From a virus (lineage: Duplodnaviria; Caudoviricetes): 56,849 nt of DNA. The translations under genes were made by a program, and so were the position numbers. Location: the IMG/VR virus record IMGVR_UViG_3300032323_001633, positions 1-56,849 of that record, one strand, 5' to 3'. Every line of letters begins with the position of its first letter. The stretch's first letter is position 1. This document shows positions 39,101 through 45,774 of this stretch, piece after piece. A model generated the notes under the pieces. It was not told where the DNA came from and did not search any database. It saw nothing but the letters and a program-made list of their open reading frames with translations.

Positions 39101-41129
39101 AGGACAGGTTATAGAAAGTGTTTCAATCAAAGTATATAACAACACAACATCTGGCGCAGCACCGCTGCATTCTAACGTAAAAATTGCTGACGGCACAACG
39201 ACTCAGTTTTCTATAGGGCAGGCTGTATTAGAAAATAAATCAGTTTTTGTTTATGTAGACAACATATCAAAGACTGTAGACACTGATTATACAATCAATC
39301 TACAAACCAATACTGTAAATTTTGTTGTAGCCCCATTGGCAGATAAAATAGTAGAAATACTCAGTATAGGTATTGGAGGTGTGGGTATTTTAGATTATCA
39401 GAGCTATATCGCAGATGGAACTACAGGTTTATTTTTAACCAACGCTAATTATGATAACACCAGTAACATATTTGTAAGCGTGAACGGAACTCAAGTAGAT
39501 GTGGGATTCCGTAATAGCACAAATGTAATTGATGCTGTGGGTAAAACTTTGGTTGAATTTGGAATCACACCACAGGTGGGCGATGTGGTAAAAATTGTAT
39601 GTTTAGAAGCCAGCACGGATGCAGATAGCTCAGGACTATCATTAGTACAGATCAATACACAAACTTTTTATTATGAAGGCAGCACAAGAAGTTTCAACAT
39701 CGATGGTCTTAGTGAATTAGCTCGAGGGTCGTTGTTGAGTTCTGTGTTGGTAGAAGTTGACGGACACTTATTGAAAGGACCTGACACAGTGTATGCTGTC
39801 TATAACGGATCTAACAATGTTATCCAACTTGGTGTAGATCCAATTGAGGCCGGCGGCAGCATATTACCAGCAAATCTAAAAGTTCTAATTAATGATCAAC
39901 TTAGATCATTTATTGTAGACTATACATTAGATGGCCCTGCTAAGGTACTAACGTTGAATCCTTTAAAATTATCAATAGGCGATAAAATTACCGTTGTTAA
40001 TGATTTAAGAGCAGAATATTCTATAGACGGGAATACTATTGCAATTTCTGCAGTCTATCCGATGGTCAGCGTTAATGAAACAGACAACGTTCCAATTGTA
40101 GTGACTTGGTTCGGCGAATATCCATCTATGAATATCATTCAAGATGAAAGTACCGGTAGTCGTGTTCAGTATCAATTATCAAGACCTCCTATCTCTGTAA
40201 GCTATGTGTGGGTATACAAGAACGGTATACGCCTTAGCCAAGACAAGGATTATTATGTGATTTTACCGAGAGCGGTAGTTTACCTTACAGTAGATTCATT
40301 GCCTTCCGATGAAATCAAAATTGTTAATTTCAGTAATGATATTTTTAAATTACCATCAGCATATGAAATACATAAAGATATGTTGAATGTATATCATTAT
40401 AACAGATTTTCAAAAGACAAATGCAAATTAGCTCAACCGTTAAACTACTTTGATACTAACATATTAGTTACAGACGCTACTGGGCTGTCGCAACCCATTA
40501 CTACTAGAAATTTACCGGGAGTCGTGTTTATAGATGGAGAACGCATCGAGTACATGGTTAAATCGGGTAATACACTAAGTCAATTGCGTAGAGGGGCTCA
40601 AGGCACAGCTATAGCACAAATACATGCCGAGGGCACAGCAGTAGTTGACGTAGGATACAGTGAAGTAATACCATATAACGAAACTCAGCAGAGAACAGAT
40701 TTTACCAGCGACGGTAGTACACTGCTGATAGGGCCACTAGATTTTACGCCTCAAAAAGCATCAAGAAGCGGTACCTGGTACAGAAACACTATCCCATCTA
40801 CTTACGGTCCTTGCGATCAAATAGAAGTGTTTGCTGCAGGTCGAAGATTGAAAAAAGACCCACAGTCTGTGTATGTAGAAGCCAACGGTGCTGCCAGTCC
40901 AGCGGCAGACGAAACACAAGAAGCAGAATTCAGCGTAGACGGAGCTGCGGCTCAGATAAGACTAACAGCAGCATTGCCAGCAGGCACACGAGTGACTGTG
41001 TTGAGAAGACAGGGTAAAACATGGCATAGCAGAGGAGAAACCACAGCTACTAACGGTGTTAGTTTAATAGATTCTGATACAGCTATAGCAAAATTCATTG
41101 TGGAAAAGACCACCGCGATACCTGAATAA
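27168..41129 (+). CDS. Giant baseplate wedge (gp7-like position) / adhesin protein with an FG-GAP propeller and CBM5/12-like modules
   Basis: 4653-aa uninterrupted ORF directly after gp6; N-terminal LLP.VFQT; FG-GAP repeats; W....Y..GD.V.Y....Y repeats; G.GY...P.V repeats. Confidence 0.7.
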   Translation: MANKFFPNSQLPIRRSVELLPVVFQTPANDKFLSAVVDPLIQPGVLDKVVGYIGRRYDKTFNGNDVYVDTDATLRSSYQLEPGVIFKNHDKIENFYDYVDVKNQLKFFGNTIERDDKVTGQTHYTWDPPIDWDKFINYREYYWEPLGPRSIKISGQSATVTSTYKVVLGTTKNSFVFTPDAYTNNPTLTLYRGQTYKFRVNAPGEGLVIRTNFDAGSLLFQPSRSYPQGSVVVYDSKLWRAIRDVTSLDTSSITIDSEDWQYIEPASAANSLDYNKGVVNNGIENGILTFDVPYDAPNTLYYQSKITPDAFGRFIIADIEENTFVNADIDIIGKTTYTSGNGVEFSNGMIIEFTGNVTPEKYLNDTWLVEGVGTAITLTRFSDLAAPALSIEVPEVLFDNEGFDTQPFDDATEYAAAKDYITIARDSTDNNPWSRYNRWFHRSILEKAYQLSGQDFPANETARAKRPIIEFRAGLQLFNHGVVAKQSVDYIDTATTDIFSIIEGSRGYNIDGEFLFDGARILVVADQDKLVNNKIYTVEFITHNNSKQIHLRESVDTESILGQCVTVRRGVINKGIMFHFNGTNWVPSQPKTAVNQEPKFDVFDSNEISFSDRTTYPDSEFTGSSILSYKPGNARIDKELGIKLSYLNIDNIGDIEFDYDWDIDTFRYTVNNLPVDKKISTGFYKLGSNYANGWQQLNSKYLQPIIDNQIVGAVTDTLTFSTIRWESLTTDPEIHFDLNGAKYTGTWTRNLGTFVFSKQFSVKDVVVIKIITDVDPDQGYYEIPVGLEKNPFNTAIASFTLGQAVDHISSAVEWDSEFQGLLPGASNLRDLENYRLSAKRFLKHSGNTPLAVMALCDKTHNIVKAIQYAKKEYTDFKNNFLQRAIEIDYNDQLIDFVDDIINSLTAVKTAQDAFADSDMIGAGAYTALTTVVEDIGITTFTLSERFDLNTLSSRAVYVYLNGTQLLNSRDYEFSPAFSFVKITKPLTEGDTIEIREYLSTSTNFIPPTPTSMGLYKKYTPVKFLDDTYKEPRYVIQGHDGSITAAFGDFRDDLLLELELRIYNNIKQQYDPAVFDIDQILAGYYGVGEYSKNQLDRIVVQDFLKWIQNTNINYTLNEYFDSENSFTYTYSNMSDPTKTKNIPGWWRGVYQHFYDTDRPHRCPWEMLGFSEQPTWWQTEYGSAPYTSNNLILWEDLEAGIIRQGVRAGRYDRYKRPGLISHIPVDGDGKLLSPLDSNLAQDFSLINNRGPFVLGDVSPVEYAWRSSSEWPYAIITAMCLMKPFEYIPDNFDRSRIKKNKLNQYTNTITELFVTIADIAPYVTDPIAVGLVKYLTSYTTAQGLSKDSLQTKIEKLDVALSFRMSGFVDQQQQKYLLDSKNPASTASSIFIPPENYDIVFNVSSPVASVSYSGMRLEKTSGGWIVAGYDDIHPYFNYHQAQASSKDPVISVGGVSESFTDWVEDKNYNNGVLIRYQSNFYRALKTHRSAGDFDRSLWQKLGDVPKIGAVEALRRRVFNTITVKQISYGTLLTSIQQVVDLLLGYESYLKTQGIVFDNYDPQNATSQDWLSAAKEFMFWTKHNWDSGAIIALSPSAQKLKISIPVGTPDNLLDGFYDYQILKGDGTPLAPRFLNVNRSFQNLDIETTNTTDGIYFASLHYVIKEHVTVFDDRTVFNDIIYDKSTGYRQGRIKMQAFRTVDWDGDYTSPGFIFDNVDIQTWQPFRDYKLGDIVSYKSYNWTSLVNQLGTETFNNANWTKLDSTPIKQLVSNFDYKIKQFSDYFETSSQGLDQSQRDLARHAIGYQSRDYLQNLAEDPVSQFQLYQGFIREKGTANSITKIFNKLSRSGSDSVVLNEEWAFRLGQVGGTDQFSEIEIQLEKNKFKLNPQPHLVIASELPTVSDQYYRFTANDFTISPIPYTSDILPTTSEIVPEFTAGYISSGQYQHVIGRLDQLTTLDITTVNENDHIWVTFYQDSWQVLRVNESPLLYVTELVRVDDTVVTLTLNRPHSVSVDDYIGFREIINLSGFFKVSAVTNTTVTVEVSADIDDPELDASTTVNIQLLTTARFADYAAVDQHPAALLKNKSLVFVDNNGDDLWEVVEKNKLYTAKTIADFGITTPVSAGSKVIYDNNNKHVISSIPGSGFVNVHVETPSGLILKQIIAPPIGFFDIALGSFGEKMAVSPDGKYLVIGAPLASGVVNRYMGEWQTEFTYEQDDIVLYGGRLYRALNANGNFVGLGDGSTQIAINSDDWVPHTAVIPAATSGRNPGYYQQGMVAVYEFISGRYINVTAFVSPRPTDNEKFGSEITIGVNGTEYYMAVSAIGSYNNTGRVYLIKYTGTEWTHMENPLYKGTYNLLDSYRQGDIVWQAAQDPISETVRGNLWQSLDGSTSDGSTITLESQNWLKVSDISTHCSLPTNISVEDDGSTMEFTTTGLLTNTQKAELVKQGDQFGFSMAMSRDGSILVIGAPDSDGQYFANYRGLWRGDVEYVEGEVVRHRGSPGDSYQYYQLGDGFLGPDSTYRSYNEDPSDSANWQQVGDSTTTSSGKIFVYKKSAYDSYEFTQMINAGTLSSFTDIDSGLVISTGDQFGFSMDIDANGTMLAVSSPRADINYQDQGAVYILELDQSVTEFRVKQRLQSYEIYTNEYFGFAVSVSPDGAKVAIGARNSKTPFPVNFDILEGTTFDNARTRFYVEQGFTGGVYVFDKKDQVFFLTEKLDSDLQADESFGHSIDCIGTKLLVGSPYYKNAITNTYQGIVRLFTADAAGSSWTILANQTPLVDLRKIKKIELYDNVANVKIADLDYIDAAKGKILNIAEQELKYKTPYDPAVYTVGTAEVVVDTTINWLEKNVGKLWWNTGTAKFQYAEQKDSAYRIGNWNQPVLGSSIDVYEWVETVLLPSEWAALADTNAGLSQGISGQPLYPNNDVYSVKFFFSPTTGDVSETLYYYWVRSKAVTPSNMPDRIRSAAEVADLIANPAGTGLAFVAFLQADKFLSYNFKSIMQSDTALINLQIRKNLESQVPIHNEYQLLTEGIADSLPSAKLENKWIDSLVGSDISGNRIPDAALPAKQKYGIQYRPRQTMFVDRILALKIVIEYINGILQKETFAETIDFTNLNSVDTVPSIELNLYDVAVDTDVDLQAVGTTNIKRAILRANLINGELDTVDIVDPGYGYKPRELFDQELPGVYLGPPVTISGDGINATAVCHIDSQGRVIQAVVTNRGKKYSSMNIQVRYFSVLVNADRTLNNFWSIYSWDDSRKVYFRSKSQSFDTTKYWTTVDWKKEGYDNNLKIIKEFISIYEIVDGQIKVGEVIRVKEYAAGGWAVFEKISDTAAEFLDRYLLISRQNGTIQLNSSLYDTATIGVGFDNTQAFDTTTYDIENAQELRNIFTAIKQDVFIGNYSVEWNKLFFASIRHVLSEQQYVDWIFKTSFLNATHNVGAFEQKVNYKNDNLESYQEYIHEVKPFRTTVREYVSRYDTPETYASAATDFDLPPVYSVFDGRANPVNSSSTEISQYPWKWWADNNAYSVTAIEVYQQGAGYNTAPKVLIEGTGTGATARAFISNGKVSGIQVLTTGSGYTSAPTVRLVGGNPTISVQAKAVAIIGDSQVRTFDVSVKFDRISKTGIYNTFSQTQTFTATGSSAVFLLNYAPTNDKSKITITRTSFATKKTQVVLSSEYTISLYYQTTDSYSLLRGKLIFNVAPTKDDTITVSYDKNVTLFDAVNRINQSYAPKAGMVGKELNQLMTGIDFGGVQIQGTTFDVTGGWDALPWFTDNWDSVETSADYYFIVDGIRSFVDSTAIYLKDEIVEVNGILYKALKNSVDTAGNVIIPIISQEWQLFWEIFTVRLPYVPAVGQKINIYIKRKNTNITVRIDDEFYTANNDSSTGVNPTAEMPTFVGDGVSNGIQIGQYLLVNNEDTLIFRPIESDGSVSINDNNILDTRLSGGSLSAISNAYVTAAGTTAEEISITGGKFIDPTVVPAPEENVPGQVIESVSIKVYNNTTSGAAPLHSNVKIADGTTTQFSIGQAVLENKSVFVYVDNISKTVDTDYTINLQTNTVNFVVAPLADKIVEILSIGIGGVGILDYQSYIADGTTGLFLTNANYDNTSNIFVSVNGTQVDVGFRNSTNVIDAVGKTLVEFGITPQVGDVVKIVCLEASTDADSSGLSLVQINTQTFYYEGSTRSFNIDGLSELARGSLLSSVLVEVDGHLLKGPDTVYAVYNGSNNVIQLGVDPIEAGGSILPANLKVLINDQLRSFIVDYTLDGPAKVLTLNPLKLSIGDKITVVNDLRAEYSIDGNTIAISAVYPMVSVNETDNVPIVVTWFGEYPSMNIIQDESTGSRVQYQLSRPPISVSYVWVYKNGIRLSQDKDYYVILPRAVVYLTVDSLPSDEIKIVNFSNDIFKLPSAYEIHKDMLNVYHYNRFSKDKCKLAQPLNYFDTNILVTDATGLSQPITTRNLPGVVFIDGERIEYMVKSGNTLSQLRRGAQGTAIAQIHAEGTAVVDVGYSEVIPYNETQQRTDFTSDGSTLLIGPLDFTPQKASRSGTWYRNTIPSTYGPCDQIEVFAAGRRLKKDPQSVYVEANGAASPAADETQEAEFSVDGAAAQIRLTAALPAGTRVTVLRRQGKTWHSRGETTATNGVSLIDSDTAIAKFIVEKTTAIPE

Positions 41130-41136
41130 ATACATG

Positions 41137-41808
41137 ATGGAACAAAAAGAGATCAAAATGCCAAATAATCAAGACCAGCAAGCAAATACCTCTCAATCCC
41201 GCCCAAATGAAACCGGCGGATTTCACTTCGAAGGGCATATCAAAATACACGATCCCGAAACCAAAGAAGTTTTTGTGGATAAACGTAATGCTATTCACTA
41301 TGAAAACATGAGCGTGGCCATGGTTAACAGTCTTAGCAATCAAGGATACGGTACAGTATATCAAATGATTTTTGGTACAGGCGGAACCACAGTAGACCCT
41401 ACGGGGCTTATCACATATCTTACTCCTAACACAGTGGGAGTGAATTCTAGCTTATATAATCAAACCTACCAAAAAGTAGTGGATCAAAATGCCATTGAGA
41501 ATCAAGACCCCATTCGAAATAAAATGCAGATACGGCACATCAGTGGAGCTACCTATAGCGATATTTTGATTAGCTGTTTGTTAGACTACGGTGAGCCGTT
41601 GGATCAAGAAGCGTTCGATAACAGTGTGGACATGAACGGTTCGTTTGTATTTGATGAACTGGGATTAAAAAGTCTTGGACCAAATACCTCAGATGGAAAG
41701 CTATTGACACATGTGATATTCCACCCTGTGCAAAAAAGTTTGAATCGATTACTGCAGATAGATTATACTATACGTGTGCAGAGTTTAACCGGATTTGCTG
41801 AGGTCTAA
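41137..41808 (+). CDS. Baseplate / tail-fibre attachment structural protein
   Basis: GHIKIHD, NAI, LDYGEP, FDELGL and THVIFHPVQKS motifs; lies between the wedge and fibre genes; start uncertain (41134, 41137 or 41158). Confidence 0.55.
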   Translation: MEQKEIKMPNNQDQQANTSQSRPNETGGFHFEGHIKIHDPETKEVFVDKRNAIHYENMSVAMVNSLSNQGYGTVYQMIFGTGGTTVDPTGLITYLTPNTVGVNSSLYNQTYQKVVDQNAIENQDPIRNKMQIRHISGATYSDILISCLLDYGEPLDQEAFDNSVDMNGSFVFDELGLKSLGPNTSDGKLLTHVIFHPVQKSLNRLLQIDYTIRVQSLTGFAEV

Positions 41809-41810
41809 TC

Positions 41811-43928
41811 ATGCCATACATAGTTAATTTTACAGACAACGAAAACAAAAGTCCAATTACAGTATTTGACAATACTTCTAGCACAGATACCAGTCTTACA
41901 TTCCCCGGCCGCAATGTCACTGGCTACGGCCAGATTATCGCAGAAAACTTTTTATCACTGCTGGAAAATTTTGCATCAACTAACCAACCAGTGAACCCAG
42001 TAGAAGGTCAGTTATGGTATGACAGTACTGGAGGTCAGCAGACTCTAAAGATCTGGGATAACACTGCATGGAAAGCAGCATCTGGTATACAAAAAGGTGT
42101 AAGCCAACCTGCTGTAGAAGACAGCAAAGTAGGAGAACTATGGGTAGACACTACAAATCAACAGCTACGCATATTCACCGGCACTAGATGGATTTTAGTT
42201 GGTCCGGTTGAAAGTTCAGTAGGCGGATTGAGATACGGTCCAGTTATAGAAAAAATTGCCGACTCAGACAACGTAGATAGATTTATATTGGTATTTTTTA
42301 TCGCTGATATTCCGGTCATTATATTCAGTAAAGACAGCTTTACTCCTAAAACTATCATCACTGGTTTCGACACCATTCGGTCAGGAATAAACATCAGTGC
42401 TCCTGCTACTTCTGGAGAAATAGCAAATTTCGTAGGAGGGTTTTTACCTATACTCAATGGCACAGCTAAAAATGCTCAAGCATTATCAGTCGGCGGAGTA
42501 GAAGTACCTGCAGGAAATTTTCTTAGAAAGGACACTGTTAACGTCACTGATTTTGAAATAAAAATAAAAAACAACAACGGCGTCTCTATAGGAATCGATG
42601 AAACATTCAAGTTGCTGTCTACAGAATCATCAAGCAGCATTTATAATTCTGCAGCAGGCAGTTCGATTGATTTGCAAACCAATAGAAACGGAATTCCTGC
42701 AACTATAATTAGAGTAATCGATAACCGAGTGGGAATCAACCAAGATAACCCACTAGAAGCATTAGATGTATTAGGTAATATCAAACTCACTGGAACATTA
42801 ACAACTACAAATACCACAGCCAGCACCAATTTAAATAACGGCAGTATACAGACTTTAGGTGGCGTGGCAATTACTAAAAATCTAATAGTAGGTGACGGTA
42901 TAGATGTTACTGGAACACTGCAAACCAACACCATACAGCCAAAAATAACCAACACTTATGATTTAGGCACGTCTCTGAGAAGATTTAATAACGTCCGTGC
43001 TAAAACAATCACTGCAGATATCATACAAGGTGTGTTGGAAGGTAACATCAGCGGTAACGCCAACACGGCCACTTCATTGAGCACAGTGACCAGTTTTCAA
43101 TTAGCAGGCGACGTTGTGTCTCCTGCAATATTATTTGATGGACAAATAGGTGCTGCGACCAAAGTCTTCAATGCCACACTGACCGCCAACATTATCGCGG
43201 CCAAGTCAGAACCTTCACCTAATCGAGGTAAAAAGGGCGATTTCTTATTAACCTATAGACCTAGTGAAAGCACGTTAGCCAGTTCCGGCCTCTTGAAACA
43301 AACCAGAGAACGGTTTATGGCTGATTTAGCTGTGCCGATTGGTGCAATATTGCCTTATGCTGGTGGAACCACACCTGACGGTTATCTCTTGTGTGATGGT
43401 AGTGAAGTTGAAAGATCAAAATACGGAGATCTATTTGACATTGTTGGTGTTACTTTTAATGGCGCCGCACCGTTAGTAGGAGTGGGCACTTTTAGATTAC
43501 CAGATTTACGAGGTAGATTTGCCCTGGGTAGAGACAACATGGACAACGCAGGTACTGTACCTTCGAGTGCAGGACCGTACGTAGATGCAGGTGGTGGTGT
43601 CGCAGGCCGCGTACCTGACGTGCAGGCTACAATTCTCGGAGGCTCGGCGGGATTAAGTTCAGTTCCTCTAACTTTGGCCAACCTACCCGAGCACAGTCAT
43701 ACATTATCAACATCTACGCAAGACTATTCTGCAGTTGCATTAACAACAACACTCGATCCGTTGGCTACTTCTGGACTTGGACCAACAGCACCTGGTCAGG
43801 CGCAGTATCTCAAAGACAGCGGCAACGTTAAAAAACCAGTCGGAGTAACTCTCGGGACTGCTGTGGGATTGATGAATCCGTTTTTAGCAATAAATTATAT
43901 AATCAGATCCGGCCCACCGGCATTCTAA
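41811..43928 (+). CDS. Tail fibre protein with a C-terminal phage tail collar domain
   Basis: PIGAILPYAG...PDGYLLCDG...Y.DLF.IVG...FRLPDLRGRF and NPFLAINYII; N-terminal domain shared with paralogs. Confidence 0.85.
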   Translation: MPYIVNFTDNENKSPITVFDNTSSTDTSLTFPGRNVTGYGQIIAENFLSLLENFASTNQPVNPVEGQLWYDSTGGQQTLKIWDNTAWKAASGIQKGVSQPAVEDSKVGELWVDTTNQQLRIFTGTRWILVGPVESSVGGLRYGPVIEKIADSDNVDRFILVFFIADIPVIIFSKDSFTPKTIITGFDTIRSGINISAPATSGEIANFVGGFLPILNGTAKNAQALSVGGVEVPAGNFLRKDTVNVTDFEIKIKNNNGVSIGIDETFKLLSTESSSSIYNSAAGSSIDLQTNRNGIPATIIRVIDNRVGINQDNPLEALDVLGNIKLTGTLTTTNTTASTNLNNGSIQTLGGVAITKNLIVGDGIDVTGTLQTNTIQPKITNTYDLGTSLRRFNNVRAKTITADIIQGVLEGNISGNANTATSLSTVTSFQLAGDVVSPAILFDGQIGAATKVFNATLTANIIAAKSEPSPNRGKKGDFLLTYRPSESTLASSGLLKQTRERFMADLAVPIGAILPYAGGTTPDGYLLCDGSEVERSKYGDLFDIVGVTFNGAAPLVGVGTFRLPDLRGRFALGRDNMDNAGTVPSSAGPYVDAGGGVAGRVPDVQATILGGSAGLSSVPLTLANLPEHSHTLSTSTQDYSAVALTTTLDPLATSGLGPTAPGQAQYLKDSGNVKKPVGVTLGTAVGLMNPFLAINYIIRSGPPAF

Positions 43929-43941
43929 TAGGTAAAATAAC

Positions 43942-45756
43942 ATGGCATATCAGATTAACAAAACAGACGGAACTATAGTTGCTACAGTTGCAGACGGTCA
44001 AATTGATGATCGATCAACTGCAATTACTTTAATCGGAAAAAACTACAGCGGGTTTGGAGAAATATTTAATGAAAATTTAATTCAAATATTAGAGAACTTT
44101 GCAGACTCAACTCCACCGGACAATCCTATTAGAGGTCAAATATGGTTTGATTCCAGCCAGTCTAAGCTGAAGGTATATAATGGGTTGGATTTTGTTCCAG
44201 TAAGTTCTGCCACTATTTCCAGTTCGCAACCGACAACATTGGCCACAGGTGATTTGTGGTATGATAATGTAAGACAACAATTATTTTTCTTTGATGGTAC
44301 GTCAGCAATACTAATGGCCCCATCATACAGCAGTGCTCAAAGTCGTAGTGGCCTACAAGTCGACACTATTCTTGACACACTTAATCAAACCAGAGTTATT
44401 ACCAGTTTGTACAACAATGGTATTTTGTTAGGTATATTTGCCAAAGACAGCTTTACACCAAAAGTCGCTATCATAGGATTTACAGGCAGTATTGAACCAG
44501 GATTTAATGCAGGTACATTAGCAAATTTTAAAATACGTGCTACTTGTACTAACAGCGACAGTCTCGGTGGAGCAGTAGCCACCACTTATGTTCGAACAGA
44601 CAGCTCAAATGCCATTAATGGTCAACTTCAAATAACTGTAGACTCGGGAATAATATTAGGATCAGCAGGTCAAGGATTACTGTTTGTAAATAGTGGCGAT
44701 TTTGTTTTAGCGAATTCCTCTCAGGATAAGAATATCACACTCAGTGTGAATAAGGCATCCACTCAGGAAAACGCTGTAGTGATAAATGCTTCTGAAAGAA
44801 CCATAGGATTATATCCTACCATTGCTGCAAGCACAGTTAACGTCGGTGGAGATTTAGTAGTAGCAGGTAACCTCACAGTGGAAGGGACTACAACTACATT
44901 AAACACCAGTGTTTTTACAGTAGAAGATAAGAATATTATAATTGCCAATGTGGCCAGTCCTACTAATAGTACAGCTGACGGTGCAGGCATAACAATCAAA
45001 GGCTCCACAGATAAAACTATTGCTTATTCAAATTCCAGTAACTGGTTGGATGTATCAGAAACAGTGAATTTAGCAGCTGGTAAAGCATTGTACATAGGTG
45101 GTACCAAAGTTATAGACGGTAACAGTCTTGGATCCGCAATCACAAGTATCCCAGGCGTGAGTTCATTCGGTACACAAAATGTGTTAAATGTTGGACCGGG
45201 TGCTCCGGCCGTTACACGTATGAGATTGGAAAATAATAGAATCTCTACAGTGGCATCTAACTTTGATATTGAATTAGAACCAGACGGTACAGGAAATGTA
45301 GTACTAATAGGATCGCCGAGAATCACAGGAATGGCTAATCCGACGTCTGCTCAAGATGCTGCTACTAAAGAATACACCGATAATAGAATAGAATCAAGAC
45401 CGTTGATTTTCTCAATTGATATATCTGATGGAAAATCTAATACATATATAATTGCTAATATTTTAAACAATCTTGCTCCTGTGTCCGAATATCGCGCAGG
45501 CACATATGCAAGAATGTTATGTAGTTTAATCAGTAATAATGCACAGTCGCTGGAGATTAATTCGCTGCCACCAGCATTGTCAACATCTGCATTCTTAACT
45601 AATCTTGGTGGTGCCAGCAGCTTGGCTATTACTAATATAAGTTTTCCAACAGCCACTATTGCAGCAGCCAGTGTGTCTGTGACAAGAATAATTAAATTGT
45701 TTCAAATAGTAGGAGGCGTGTGGGCATGGCAATCAGACACAGTGCTTCCTCCATAA
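43942..45756 (+). CDS. Tail fibre paralog
   Basis: N-terminal GKNYSGFGE..NEN....LENFA....P..P..GQIWFD; DAATKEYTD fibre motif. Confidence 0.75.
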   Translation: MAYQINKTDGTIVATVADGQIDDRSTAITLIGKNYSGFGEIFNENLIQILENFADSTPPDNPIRGQIWFDSSQSKLKVYNGLDFVPVSSATISSSQPTTLATGDLWYDNVRQQLFFFDGTSAILMAPSYSSAQSRSGLQVDTILDTLNQTRVITSLYNNGILLGIFAKDSFTPKVAIIGFTGSIEPGFNAGTLANFKIRATCTNSDSLGGAVATTYVRTDSSNAINGQLQITVDSGIILGSAGQGLLFVNSGDFVLANSSQDKNITLSVNKASTQENAVVINASERTIGLYPTIAASTVNVGGDLVVAGNLTVEGTTTTLNTSVFTVEDKNIIIANVASPTNSTADGAGITIKGSTDKTIAYSNSSNWLDVSETVNLAAGKALYIGGTKVIDGNSLGSAITSIPGVSSFGTQNVLNVGPGAPAVTRMRLENNRISTVASNFDIELEPDGTGNVVLIGSPRITGMANPTSAQDAATKEYTDNRIESRPLIFSIDISDGKSNTYIIANILNNLAPVSEYRAGTYARMLCSLISNNAQSLEINSLPPALSTSAFLTNLGGASSLAITNISFPTATIAAASVSVTRIIKLFQIVGGVWAWQSDTVLPP

Positions 45757-45774
45757 TGAATTAGGAGCGGCTAA

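Noticed and set aside
27168-41129. Intein or stop-codon recoding as an explanation for the giant ORF
   Set aside because: No intein splice or LAGLIDADG motifs seen; genes across the window are intact in the standard code
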